This document shows positions 18,499 to 27,380 of a stretch of DNA of 57,201 nucleotides, one piece after another. Source of the DNA: a virus (taxonomy: Duplodnaviria > Caudoviricetes); the IMG/VR virus record IMGVR_UViG_3300021373_000198, positions 1 through 57,201 of that record, one strand, 5' to 3'. The position numbers and the translations under genes are program-made. The notes under the pieces are model-generated. The model was not told the origin of the DNA and ran no database searches. It was given only the letters and a program-made list of their open reading frames with translations. The number at the start of each line of letters is the position of its first letter. The stretch's first letter is position 1.

Positions 18499-18551
18499 TG
18501 ATAGTCTCCTTGAGTAAGCGAGAGTTGTTAATGGACCCATTACGGCATCCA
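18499..18551 (-). promoter_or_regulatory. Structured 5' UTR of hsp20, ROSE-like thermometer candidate
   Basis: Hairpin TGGATGCC-GTAAT-GGGTCCA, then TCTC-G-CTT-ACTC-AAG-GAGA pairing the SD with a bulged G in a UCGCU motif. Confidence 0.55.
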
Positions 18552-18572
18552 CTACTAATTATAATCGAACAT

Positions 18573-18598
18573 AAAAAAAGCGGGGTGTTGAGCCCCGC
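18573..18598 (-). terminator. Rho-independent terminator after regA
   Basis: GCGGGG-CTCAACA-CCCCGC-TTTTTTT. Confidence 0.85.
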
Positions 18599-18613
18599 AC
18601 ATTTTTATTCGGT

Positions 18614-19036
18614 TTACACTTCTGTTTTCTTTCGACCGATGTTATACTTGGACTCAAGCGTCCATTCATCCTTATCTTTAAAAGCAAGAACTTTAATTTG
18701 ATTGAGAGGTGCTACATCTTCAATAGCAGTAGCATCAACAATAGCAACCAGTCCCCAGTCTGATAGCAATTGTGCAATACGATTGCGTCTTTGTAAATCA
18801 TTCAAAGTAAAGTTTGTCTTCTTACCATCAAGAGCAAACAGTTCTTTAAAGTGTACAATATAATATCTACCCTGTTTGTGAAGGATATGACAGGATTGAT
18901 ATAGTTTACGTTCTTTACGAGAAGCAACGCCGATACGAGTGAGTGTCTCACGAACCTTTAGAAAGTCATCTGGTTCGGACAAACTCACTTCCACCATGTC
19001 AGAGGGTTGCCACTGTACTTCAATTTCAGTTGTCAT
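18614..19036 (-). CDS. regA: Translational repressor RegA
   Basis: DDFLKVRETLTRIGVAS, LYQSCHILHKQGRYYIVHFKELF. Confidence 0.96.
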   Translation of the reverse strand: MTTEIEVQWQPSDMVEVSLSEPDDFLKVRETLTRIGVASRKERKLYQSCHILHKQGRYYIVHFKELFALDGKKTNFTLNDLQRRNRIAQLLSDWGLVAIVDATAIEDVAPLNQIKVLAFKDKDEWTLESKYNIGRKKTEV

Positions 19037-19413
19037 CTTTGTCCGCCTGTATCTAATAGTTTTTTAATCTCATCTAATTCAGAATTCGTGAGAATCCTCA
19101 ATGCAGCGACGGCTTTGTTATGGCTATAACCATAATATTGCTTCACCAATTCAAGATGCTCAAGAGTTTCTTTTCTCACCCACGGCGTAAAACGCTTTCT
19201 AGGCTTCAAACTATTTATGTAAAAGTCATATTGCATCTTCTTATCTAACTGATGATACTTGTTCATCTCGTTAGCGAAGAGAATGCTATCGGTAAATCCA
19301 GACAGACACTTGTTGATAATAAAAGGAGGATACTTTTTTACAGCATCCTCATTATCATCAAGTAGATTCTTTTTTGATTGATTAATACTATAAAGATAGT
19401 CCTTTAGTTCCAT
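19033..19413 (-). CDS. gp62: Clamp loader small subunit
   Basis: YPPFIINKCLS, ANEMN, QYDFY, VKQYYGYS; position before regA. Confidence 0.9.
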   Translation of the reverse strand: MELKDYLYSINQSKKNLLDDNEDAVKKYPPFIINKCLSGFTDSILFANEMNKYHQLDKKMQYDFYINSLKPRKRFTPWVRKETLEHLELVKQYYGYSHNKAVAALRILTNSELDEIKKLLDTGGQR

Positions 19414-19556
19414 TATTTAAATACAGCAGTCACACCAAGAACTTTGGCATTAGGATTACGTGCCAGGGCAACCTCCCTGGCTTCTTGATAGTTGCGAGCG
19501 ATCACCTCTTCGGTGAAGACCTGACCTGCAACGTAGAGTTTCACTTCACACTTCAT
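19413..19556 (-). CDS. Small hypothetical protein (47 aa), not in the ORF track
   Basis: MKCEVKLYVAGQVFTEEVIARNYQEAREVALARNPNAKVLGVTAVFK; fills the dam-g62 gap with a TAATG overlap. Confidence 0.8.
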   Translation of the reverse strand: MKCEVKLYVAGQVFTEEVIARNYQEAREVALARNPNAKVLGVTAVFK

Positions 19557-20391
19557 AATTTAAAAGGACGAGTTCCTTGCGAGACGCTTGATCTGTATTA
19601 TAACTCCCCACGGAGCGCATGGTGTAAGTGTGTGCAAATTCTGCTACTGTCCACCCTTCGAACCTTTCTTTAACAAGATTAGACGAGTTGTAAGATATGC
19701 ATTGAGGACCAATAAAACGGTCACAATCAGCAGCAAAGGTGTCATGATCGAAGCACTTGTGCATACTACCTCGCCTTCCGTATAAGTTAGATTTAATATC
19801 ATAGGGCGGGTCGAGGTAAGTGAAGGTGTCTCGATCGTCGGTAAGTAGCTCTTCATAAGATAGGTTAGTAATTTTCCAATTCTTAATCATCAACGAGAAG
19901 TCTGGGAGTCTATCAATGCCTCGCATTGAGAAATTGCTCTCTGAAGCCTGCTTTGAGAAGGATGAGGATTCAGTGAGACCAGAAAAAGAGCACTTGTTAA
20001 TAACGTAAAAAGCAACAGCACGAGATAGATTGGATTGATCACCTTGTGTTCCATTTAGATAGTCCTTTGATTGCTTAAACAATACTTCTGCAGATGTAGG
20101 ATCACAGTGAATATACTTTAGCTGCACAAGTTGATCTCTCATCTCACGACCGTGATCTCTCAACTCACACCAGAAGTTATAGAGAGGTTCATATAAATCG
20201 TTGACCCAGATATCCAATTTAGGATACCTTTTAGACACTTCAATTGCTACGCTACCACCACCCAGAAAAGGCTCACGATACTCCGTTGCCTGGGAAAGGT
20301 CTGGGAGGAATCGGAACAGGTTTGCCAGTGCTCTGCTTTTCCCCCCTGGATAGCGGAGTGGTGTCTTCAGTGATTTTAAAGTTTGGGTCAT
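19546..20391 (-). CDS. dam: DNA adenine methyltransferase (Dam/D12 class)
   Basis: LRYPGGKS, EPFLGGGSV, VNDL, YLDPPY, ISYN. Confidence 0.9.
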   Translation of the reverse strand: MTQTLKSLKTPLRYPGGKSRALANLFRFLPDLSQATEYREPFLGGGSVAIEVSKRYPKLDIWVNDLYEPLYNFWCELRDHGREMRDQLVQLKYIHCDPTSAEVLFKQSKDYLNGTQGDQSNLSRAVAFYVINKCSFSGLTESSSFSKQASESNFSMRGIDRLPDFSLMIKNWKITNLSYEELLTDDRDTFTYLDPPYDIKSNLYGRRGSMHKCFDHDTFAADCDRFIGPQCISYNSSNLVKERFEGWTVAEFAHTYTMRSVGSYNTDQASRKELVLLNYEV

Positions 20392-20533
20392 GATATTTGA
20401 GGTATTCCCAGAAGGTCATTTTCATTTCTTTCTGCGTCATGCCACAATGTGCAGCTGCAGCAGGTAGATTCATTTTAGCATGAAACAATCCTTCGTTTGA
20501 TTCTTTCACGTTTTCAGGTGTGGTCTTCTTCAT
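20273..20533 (-). CDS. Small hypothetical protein
   Basis: Start re-assigned to ATG 20533 (MKKTTPENVKE...MNLPAAAAHCGMTQKEMKMTF); HTH-like by eye; overlaps dam by 119 nt. Confidence 0.6.
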   Translation of the reverse strand: MKKTTPENVKESNEGLFHAKMNLPAAAAHCGMTQKEMKMTFWEYLKYHDPNFKITEDTTPLSRGEKQSTGKPVPIPPRPFPGNGVS

Positions 20534-20720
20534 CGACTTCTCCAGCAAATTCAAATTCTTCGATGTCACTAGCAGGAACTTCATATTCACCAGCAACCAA
20601 GTACCAATGATGACCAGCCCTTTCACCAAGATACTTCATTTGATCTTCGGGAAAGCTGTTCTCACGCATTGCTGCCTGAATCTTAAGGTGAATAAGTTCT
20701 TCTTGGGTTGGTACTTTCAT
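20514..20720 (-). CDS. Small hypothetical protein
   Basis: 68 aa, coupled to both neighbours. Confidence 0.7.
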   Translation of the reverse strand: MKVPTQEELIHLKIQAAMRENSFPEDQMKYLGERAGHHWYLVAGEYEVPASDIEEFEFAGEVDEEDHT

Positions 20721-21004
20721 TAGAGAACAAGTTGCTTTTTGGGAGTAATCAGAGTAGAGAAAATACCTTCGTATTGCTCCGCAATATTAGGATTTGGTTC
20801 TACAATATAGACTGTATAGTCCCGTGGAACAGTGAATTCAATATCCTCTTTGGATAGAGGAGACCATGGAGCAAATCCTAATTGTCCTTGACCTTGAGGA
20901 ACTGCTACGAGAGCATTCCCAATAGTAATTTCAGTATCAGTCTCGTTAATGAGATCGCAAATTACGTCCTCGCCAGAACGAAAGCGCACAAGTTTAGTGT
21001 TCAT
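20720..21004 (-). CDS. Small hypothetical protein (possible Sm-like fold)
   Basis: MNTKLVRFRSGEDVICDL...GFAPWSP pattern. Confidence 0.75.
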   Translation of the reverse strand: MNTKLVRFRSGEDVICDLINETDTEITIGNALVAVPQGQGQLGFAPWSPLSKEDIEFTVPRDYTVYIVEPNPNIAEQYEGIFSTLITPKKQLVL

Positions 21005-21527
21005 TTATTTTCCTTAAGTGTTGTTTCCACGGAACAGAATACTGTCCCCTACTTCTATTGTAAAATAGAAATGCGTTAGCATGATACTGACCCATAAAAG
21101 GATCACGACCATGTTCTGCCGTCATACCATTGTATATCATTGCGTCCCCATATGTCAAGGTAACGTAATTTTTATTTCCACTTGGATCTCTTACCCATAT
21201 ATCCCATGGTTCATCAGATGATAGATGAACCGTGATTGCTATTTCACTTTCCAATCTGTCTACATGTGGCTTGAGAATATTGCCATTGTAATACACCCTA
21301 CCGTAGCAGTACGTAGGCAATACTTTTTCACCAAGTATCCAATTCACTTCTGGCGTCTTCGCAACCAGCAGTTCTAGGAAAGAAATGTATCCAAAGTTTT
21401 GGCGATTGCCATCTTCGTTTACTTCAACATACTTTTCACAGTAGTCAATATATTCTTTCCCTAAATCCTGTGCTTCCTGTGAATCTAGGAATCCACGAAG
21501 AACCTTATAATTATTACTTAAACTCAC
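20994..21527 (-). CDS. 2OG-Fe(II) oxygenase-like protein
   Basis: YGRVY...LKPHVDR (HxD)...GDAMIY...EHGRDP (distal His). Confidence 0.75.
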   Translation of the reverse strand: MSLSNNYKVLRGFLDSQEAQDLGKEYIDYCEKYVEVNEDGNRQNFGYISFLELLVAKTPEVNWILGEKVLPTYCYGRVYYNGNILKPHVDRLESEIAITVHLSSDEPWDIWVRDPSGNKNYVTLTYGDAMIYNGMTAEHGRDPFMGQYHANAFLFYNRSRGQYSVPWKQHLRKINEH

Positions 21528-22461
21528 AACTCATCATAACTTCAGTAAGACATGCTAGTAGGTTGATCTCTTGGTCAGCAACAAAGGCAATCTGATACTG
21601 ATACTTTGCCAGGATCAGAACAGCCTCTGGAATAGATGCTCCTTTGAGGTTTTCATACAAGCAGTCATAGATCTTACGGATGACAATGTTAGGATCATTG
21701 TCAATGTTTTCCACAACCCACTTACGAACCGTGGTGAACTCTTTGTTCTTCATAGACCTGACTAGATCATTGACTGATACGTCAGCAATATCAACCAAGA
21801 TTGACGTATCGATCTTACCAGTAGCAGCATGACGCTGACACTCATTGATCAGACGACGCCAGTCAGGATAGTAACGTTGAATCAACTTGACAAGAATCTT
21901 GTCCTCGCACTCAACATCATTCTCCTTCAGGATTTGCTTGAGTCGCATGAAGAACTGACCCTGCAGTTCCATCTTGGCTTCGTTCTTGACACGAAAGTCC
22001 ACCACCGTGCATCGAGAATGCAGCGGTTCAATGATCTTGTTTGGGAAGTTGCAGGTGAAGATGAAGCGACAGTTGCTGTGAAACTCCTCCACCGCCGCCC
22101 TCAAGGACAGTTGCACGTCGTTGGTGGTGTTGTCTGCCTCATCGATGATAACGACCTTGTGGGGCGCTCCAGAGGCGAGAGAGACGGTGCTAGCGAACTG
22201 CTTGACCTTGTTCCTCACCGTGTCTAGGAAACGACCCTCGTCAGACCCGTTGATGACGATATAAGACGCACCAATCTCCTCACAGACTGCCCTGGCTACA
22301 GTAGTCTTACCAACACCAGCAGTACCTGCTAGCAACAGGTTTGGAATCTCACCTTGTTCTAGGAATGCCTGAAAAGATTCCTTGATATTCTTGGGCAGAA
22401 TACAGTCTTGCAGTTTGCGAGGTCGATACTCTTCGACCCAAAGGAATTTTTTATTCATCAT
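21514..22461 (-). CDS. gp44: Clamp loader large subunit
   Basis: LWVEEYRP, GTAGVGKTT, IIDEAD, PLHSRC, YPDWRR, DQEIN. Confidence 0.96.
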   Translation of the reverse strand: MMNKKFLWVEEYRPRKLQDCILPKNIKESFQAFLEQGEIPNLLLAGTAGVGKTTVARAVCEEIGASYIVINGSDEGRFLDTVRNKVKQFASTVSLASGAPHKVVIIDEADNTTNDVQLSLRAAVEEFHSNCRFIFTCNFPNKIIEPLHSRCTVVDFRVKNEAKMELQGQFFMRLKQILKENDVECEDKILVKLIQRYYPDWRRLINECQRHAATGKIDTSILVDIADVSVNDLVRSMKNKEFTTVRKWVVENIDNDPNIVIRKIYDCLYENLKGASIPEAVLILAKYQYQIAFVADQEINLLACLTEVMMSCEFK

Positions 22462-22924
22462 TAAGTAATTCTACAGGCTCAAAAATTTCATCCATAGATC
22501 CATGCTTAAACACAGACTCTGGATGATTCATAATACTACCACGAAAATACTCGCCAAGTCCATCAGACTTTACGGTATAAAACATAGTTTTTTTCTTTTG
22601 TTTACACCACTCAATAGCAAAGAGTAGTGCAGCTCCATCAATTTTACCACTAAAGTCGGCAGTAAGAGTGACAAATTTCTTTTGTTCTGTCATCAAGAAT
22701 CCAACCTTATCTGGTCGCATCCATTCTGGCAAAGTCCACTCTTTCAACCAAGCACATCCATAGCTATCACATATTGGAGGTCGTGATAGATCGTCATAGA
22801 TGCCACAACCATGTTCAACAACGTGAGGACAAGGATGCTCTGGATATACTTTATGTTCGTTGATCTTAACTGTTAAAGTTCCACGACAACATAAAGTACA
22901 TCCACCACATTCTTTTATGTTCAT
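22451..22924 (-). CDS. CxxCxxCC cysteine-cluster protein (YkgJ/UPF0153-like, Zn or Fe-S binding)
   Basis: CGGCTLCC...CPH...GCGIY...RPPICDSYGCAWL. Confidence 0.75.
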   Translation of the reverse strand: MNIKECGGCTLCCRGTLTVKINEHKVYPEHPCPHVVEHGCGIYDDLSRPPICDSYGCAWLKEWTLPEWMRPDKVGFLMTEQKKFVTLTADFSGKIDGAALLFAIEWCKQKKKTMFYTVKSDGLGEYFRGSIMNHPESVFKHGSMDEIFEPVELLNDE

Positions 22925-23592
22925 CAGGGTTCAAGTGCAATATAGTATTTCAATTCAATACTCTGGTGAATCCACTCCGTAATACCTCCAGAAGCAACGT
23001 TTACTTTGTAGTTACCTGGGTGTAGACGAAGGTTCTCAACTTTCATAGAGATGTCAAACTCACCAGTGCTCTCACCACTTACAGTTTGACTGTATACATT
23101 ACCAGTATCATTCTCTTTGTCACACAGATCAAGATTGATCGTACCATCAGAAGAAGCTCGGAATGCTAGATCTGGTAAATCATACACCGCAGATGCTTTC
23201 TGAAGTGCAACTAGATCTTCGTACTTAACAACAAAACTAAAGTCAGTTCCAGGAAACTTAACAGTAGTTTCTGGTGCAGCACTCAAAGTAATCTCTGGGT
23301 TTGAGAAATAATACTTTGCTGAACGACCATTACCACGAATGGTAACATAATTTTCATTGTCAAACTGTAGAGCCGCATCATCAAAGAGAGACAATCCAGC
23401 AAGAAATTGGTTCAAATCATAGATACCAAAAGTTTGCGGGAAAGATTCTTCACTTTTGTATTCGGCAATAGCATTCTGCCCAACACTAATAGTCTTGAGT
23501 ACAGTGCCTTCCCGAATCAAAATAGAACTATTGATTGTGCAAAAGTTCTTGAGAATGTCGCGAGTTTGTTTAGAAAGAGTTACTGTGCTCAT
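22924..23592 (-). CDS. gp45: Sliding clamp
   Basis: ILKNFCTINSSI, FGIYDLNQFL, C-terminal YYIALE. Confidence 0.94.
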   Translation of the reverse strand: MSTVTLSKQTRDILKNFCTINSSILIREGTVLKTISVGQNAIAEYKSEESFPQTFGIYDLNQFLAGLSLFDDAALQFDNENYVTIRGNGRSAKYYFSNPEITLSAAPETTVKFPGTDFSFVVKYEDLVALQKASAVYDLPDLAFRASSDGTINLDLCDKENDTGNVYSQTVSGESTGEFDISMKVENLRLHPGNYKVNVASGGITEWIHQSIELKYYIALEP

Positions 23593-23876
23593 TGAGGATA
23601 GGTTTCAAGGTTAGCGGATTTGTCAGAGAAGTGAAGAAGAAGCAGAGCGTAGTGAAGGATCTTGATGATATCACGACGGGCAGTGCCTTTCTTATCGTAT
23701 CGGGAAGCATACTTCAGGATGTTGCTTCGGCAGAATGCTTCAGCGTCTCCACATGCTTCAATCAAGTCTAACGTTTGAATGCTGTCGTTACCAGCAGAGT
23801 AGTGTTGTCCATAAGTGCTTGTAATGTAATCACGTAGCTCTGTGATCAGAGCTTCTTCATTATATTTGAAAGTCAT
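23589..23876 (-). CDS. Conserved hypothetical protein (DUF3310-like)
   Basis: HY...FCRSNILKYASRYDKKG...DIIKILHY pattern. Confidence 0.75.
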   Translation of the reverse strand: MTFKYNEEALITELRDYITSTYGQHYSAGNDSIQTLDLIEACGDAEAFCRSNILKYASRYDKKGTARRDIIKILHYALLLLHFSDKSANLETYPQ

Positions 23877-24046
23877 TTATCCCAGATAAAGTCAATGTCA
23901 TTATGATAGCATTCAATGATGGAACCGTCAATCTTTCTGACAAATAGTTTGAGGTTTTGTCCACCAAGAATTTTAACGGTCTGCCCGTCTTTGAGGCGGG
24001 CAAGGTGACCTACGTATCCGTGAAATTCAATCTGCGGTTTCTTCAT
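23873..24046 (-). CDS. Small hypothetical protein (57 aa)
   Basis: Start re-assigned to ATG 24046 (MKKPQIEFHGYVGHLARL...); the longer ORF overlaps cobS. Confidence 0.6.
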   Translation of the reverse strand: MKKPQIEFHGYVGHLARLKDGQTVKILGGQNLKLFVRKIDGSIIECYHNDIDFIWDK

Positions 24047-25115
24047 TAGCGTTCTCATCGATTTTGTCGTAGAGTTCAATAAAGGAAGTCTTGGTCTCGT
24101 CATCGAAACGATTGACACAGACTTCGATTGCCTTCATGCGCTTTCCGAAGATCGAGAAAGCACGGACAATGTGGGTGAGGCGACGGGTAGAGATAACTTC
24201 ATCAATACCACCGTCATTAAAAGTTTTACGAATAACTTCTGCCCAGGTAGCAAGTTTAGCACAGAACTCATCATCTTGGCAACCCAGTTGTTCAGCAAGT
24301 TTCTCAAGAATCTTGGTCTCAACAGCGGGAGTAGGATACTCCTGCTCGAAGGTCAAAGCAAAACGCTCAAGGAATGCTTCGTTGAGAACATTGGTGCCAA
24401 TGAAACGACCGTCGTCACTACCCTTACCTTTGGTATTGGCTGTAGCGATAACATTAAAACCAGCAGCGGGTTGAACATAACGACCAGTCTTTTTCAGAAA
24501 CACACCTTTGCCTTCAAGGATGGACTGGAGGCATAGAATTTTGTTGGAAGCAAGGTCAACTTCATCGAGTAGCAAGATTGCACCTCGTTGGAGTGCTTCA
24601 ATGACAGGTCCGTTATGCCAAACAGTTGCCCCATCCACAAGGCGAAAGCCACCAATAAGATCGTCTTCATCAGTTTCAATCGTAATGTTTACACGGATTA
24701 GTTCACGACCCAACTGGGCACATGCTTGCTCCACAGAGAAAGTCTTGCCGTTGCCAGACAGACCAGTGATAAAAGTGGGGTAGAAGAGACCAGACTTGAT
24801 GATCTTCTTTACGTCAGCAAAGTTCCCGAACGGGACATAAGTGTCATCCTTGAGGGGAACGAGGTTCTGTTCTTCCCGTTCGGTAACAGGAACAGCCGCA
24901 GGAGCATTATAGGTCTGCTCAAGTTTCTCTTGAACAGTCAGATTCCAAGTACCACGGCGGACATAGAAATCACGCAGACGCTTTACCGCAGTCGGATACG
25001 TAACTCCAAAGTGATCTGCAGCAGAACGAACAGCATCAGCATTGATGTCGTTACCATAAGTTTCGAACAGATAAGAGGTGAGTTGAGTAGTGGTCAGTTC
25101 AGAACGAGCGGGCAT
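24027..25115 (-). CDS. cobS: CobS-like / MoxR-type AAA+ ATPase
   Basis: GLSGNGKT, LLLDEVD, ATANTKGKG, NEAFLERF, ISTRRL. Start re-assigned to ATG 25115, downstream of TATAAT at 25137-25142. Confidence 0.88.
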   Translation of the reverse strand: MPARSELTTTQLTSYLFETYGNDINADAVRSAADHFGVTYPTAVKRLRDFYVRRGTWNLTVQEKLEQTYNAPAAVPVTEREEQNLVPLKDDTYVPFGNFADVKKIIKSGLFYPTFITGLSGNGKTFSVEQACAQLGRELIRVNITIETDEDDLIGGFRLVDGATVWHNGPVIEALQRGAILLLDEVDLASNKILCLQSILEGKGVFLKKTGRYVQPAAGFNVIATANTKGKGSDDGRFIGTNVLNEAFLERFALTFEQEYPTPAVETKILEKLAEQLGCQDDEFCAKLATWAEVIRKTFNDGGIDEVISTRRLTHIVRAFSIFGKRMKAIEVCVNRFDDETKTSFIELYDKIDENANEETAD

Positions 25116-25183
25116 TGGTTGGTTGCGTATGAAGTAATTATAGGGCAAGGGAGTGGTGATACCACCCCCGAGTGGACAGTCTG

Positions 25184-27319
25184 TCAAGCGACATACTGGA
25201 TGAAGGAGTTGAGCAGTTTCTTGTTTGTGGACTTGCTAGCAAGCATCTTCTTGAATGCTCGCGTGATCTCTGCTTTCTTGGCACCAGATTCAACTTCAAA
25301 TTCAGTGTCAGCAGTCAAAGAATTATTAGATAGTGCATAAAGAGCCGTGAATGATTTGGGATCAGGAATGATCGCAGACTTCTCTTTCTTCCACTGCTTT
25401 TGTACATCAGCATACTTCATGCTGTTGCCATAAACAGAAACAAAGTTAGACAGTTGTGATGCGCTACCGATACGAAAACCAAGAACATTTACACCAGGGT
25501 TACGATCTCGAACTTGCTGGATAAAGTTGTTAGTGGATACACCATAGTATTCGGTCTTGCTGTAAGTGATTCCTGTTTTGCGATCACGGAGAATGCAACT
25601 TTCAGTGCGACGAGGACGAATATAATACTCATCTTTGTATTCACTATAATACTTACGACCATAAGTGCTCATGCAAGATTCACCATCAGTCAAGATACAC
25701 ACGTTAACTTTCTGAAGATCATTCTGCTTTTTAAATTGAGGAATGATGTAGTTCAGCATGACAACAGCTTCATTAAGAGGAGTGCCAGACAGACCGATAC
25801 CAGGGGTAGTTTGATACGAGACGTATTGAACGTAAGCATATGCTTCGCGGAACAAGTTGTAGCACATCCGTTCATAATCTTTGGAGTTAGAACGAGAAGA
25901 CACAAAGTTCATCAGATGGAACTGGTCCTTGTGCAAAAAGACTTTGTTCTCTTCACAACCCCTGCTCTCAAAATATTCATCATCATTGTGGTTATCAACT
26001 ACCTGACCATTTGCACGGCGAACAGGATAGTAGTCATTGGTAAACGCATAGACTTCAAAAGGGATCTGAACTTTCTTGCAGAAAGCAGTCATGTTTAAGA
26101 CTTGCTTTACTGCTGCAAGAATATCATGTTGCATTGATCCAGACCAGTCAAGGAGGAACAACAAACCATGGTTCTTACCATCAGTCACTACAGTCACTTT
26201 CTTGAAGATGTCTTCAGAATACTTATAAGTATGAAGCTTTGAAGTATCAAGAACACCAGTTTTAGATTCTCCAGAACGAGCATAAGCGTCAGCAGACTTA
26301 CGGCACTCAAACTCTTTAACAAGATAGTTTACCTCTTTCTGCGATTGCTTTCTGAACTCACGATAAGCATCTTGTACTTCTATGTATCCAGCAAAGTCCT
26401 CATTTCGCTCAAGAAATCCCTTGGAATAAGAATCAATCCAGTCATGAACTTCAGTCCAGTCAGCGACATAATCAGGAAGATTAACGCTGTCAGGAATCTC
26501 GATGTAATTGTTGTTACCAGACCAGCGATCAGTAAATCCTTTTGCGTTCTCATCAAAAGCACGTTGGGTGCGAGACTCCTCTTCATCCATATGGTCACCA
26601 CCTTCAGGTGCGCTGCTACCTTGCGGCACAGATTCTCCGCCATCAGAGTTTTCGTTTTCACTCTCACGACGCTGTGCCTCATCCAGCATCTCTTCATGAG
26701 TCATAGTGTCACCATCAGAACCTTCAGGACTCTGACGTTGTGATTGCATCTCTTCAGGAGCAGGTTCCTGAACCTTTTCTTTCTTGCTGTAATTATAAAT
26801 GTCAACAGCAATTTGCAGGGCTTCCTCAAAAGTTTCGCAGTCATCGATGCGAGGAAGGAACTGACGCTCATCTGATTCAAAAGGAATCATGGCAGAAGCA
26901 CCAATCTTATAGTTCAGATTGATACGATCAATCAAGCTGAAGGTGTTGAGATCTTCGTCAGCGATCTCAAAGAAATCTCTCTCATGCAGTTCTTTGTAAC
27001 CACCAGCGAAAGAACGACGCAGACCAGGATACTTGCGCTTCATCAGCTTCTCAATGCGAGCATCCTCAACCACGTTGATGAAGTCCATAGGACAGTCAGC
27101 AACGTTCCTCCAATCTTCATTAGGGGTGAAGAGAGCGTGACCAACCTCATGCCCCACCAAGAGGTCATAGACGATGTTAGATGCCTTGTCCCAATTAGGC
27201 AGGGTAAGCACACGGGTGTCCACATTGAACTGTGCTGTAGAACAGTTGCGGTGCTCAACAATCAGGTTCTCGGTTGCCAGCAAACGGGCAAGGTTACCTT
27301 TGATTGCTTGGGTGGTCAT
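25184..27319 (-). CDS. Metallopeptidase-like plus VWA domain protein (CobT-like partner)
   Basis: N-terminal GHEVGH and EDARIE, acidic linker, MIDAS LDWSGSM, GTPLNEA, ILTDGES. Confidence 0.85.
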   Translation of the reverse strand: MTTQAIKGNLARLLATENLIVEHRNCSTAQFNVDTRVLTLPNWDKASNIVYDLLVGHEVGHALFTPNEDWRNVADCPMDFINVVEDARIEKLMKRKYPGLRRSFAGGYKELHERDFFEIADEDLNTFSLIDRINLNYKIGASAMIPFESDERQFLPRIDDCETFEEALQIAVDIYNYSKKEKVQEPAPEEMQSQRQSPEGSDGDTMTHEEMLDEAQRRESENENSDGGESVPQGSSAPEGGDHMDEEESRTQRAFDENAKGFTDRWSGNNNYIEIPDSVNLPDYVADWTEVHDWIDSYSKGFLERNEDFAGYIEVQDAYREFRKQSQKEVNYLVKEFECRKSADAYARSGESKTGVLDTSKLHTYKYSEDIFKKVTVVTDGKNHGLLFLLDWSGSMQHDILAAVKQVLNMTAFCKKVQIPFEVYAFTNDYYPVRRANGQVVDNHNDDEYFESRGCEENKVFLHKDQFHLMNFVSSRSNSKDYERMCYNLFREAYAYVQYVSYQTTPGIGLSGTPLNEAVVMLNYIIPQFKKQNDLQKVNVCILTDGESCMSTYGRKYYSEYKDEYYIRPRRTESCILRDRKTGITYSKTEYYGVSTNNFIQQVRDRNPGVNVLGFRIGSASQLSNFVSVYGNSMKYADVQKQWKKEKSAIIPDPKSFTALYALSNNSLTADTEFEVESGAKKAEITRAFKKMLASKSTNKKLLNSFIQYVA

Positions 27320-27354
27320 GGTTTCTCTTGCGTTGATGCCTATAGTATATACGC

Positions 27355-27380
27355 AAAAAGGGGAGTCCGAAGACTCCCCT
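27355..27380 (-). terminator. Rho-independent terminator with UUCG loop after g46
   Basis: AGGGGAGTC-TTCG-GACTCCCCT-TTTT. Confidence 0.9.
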
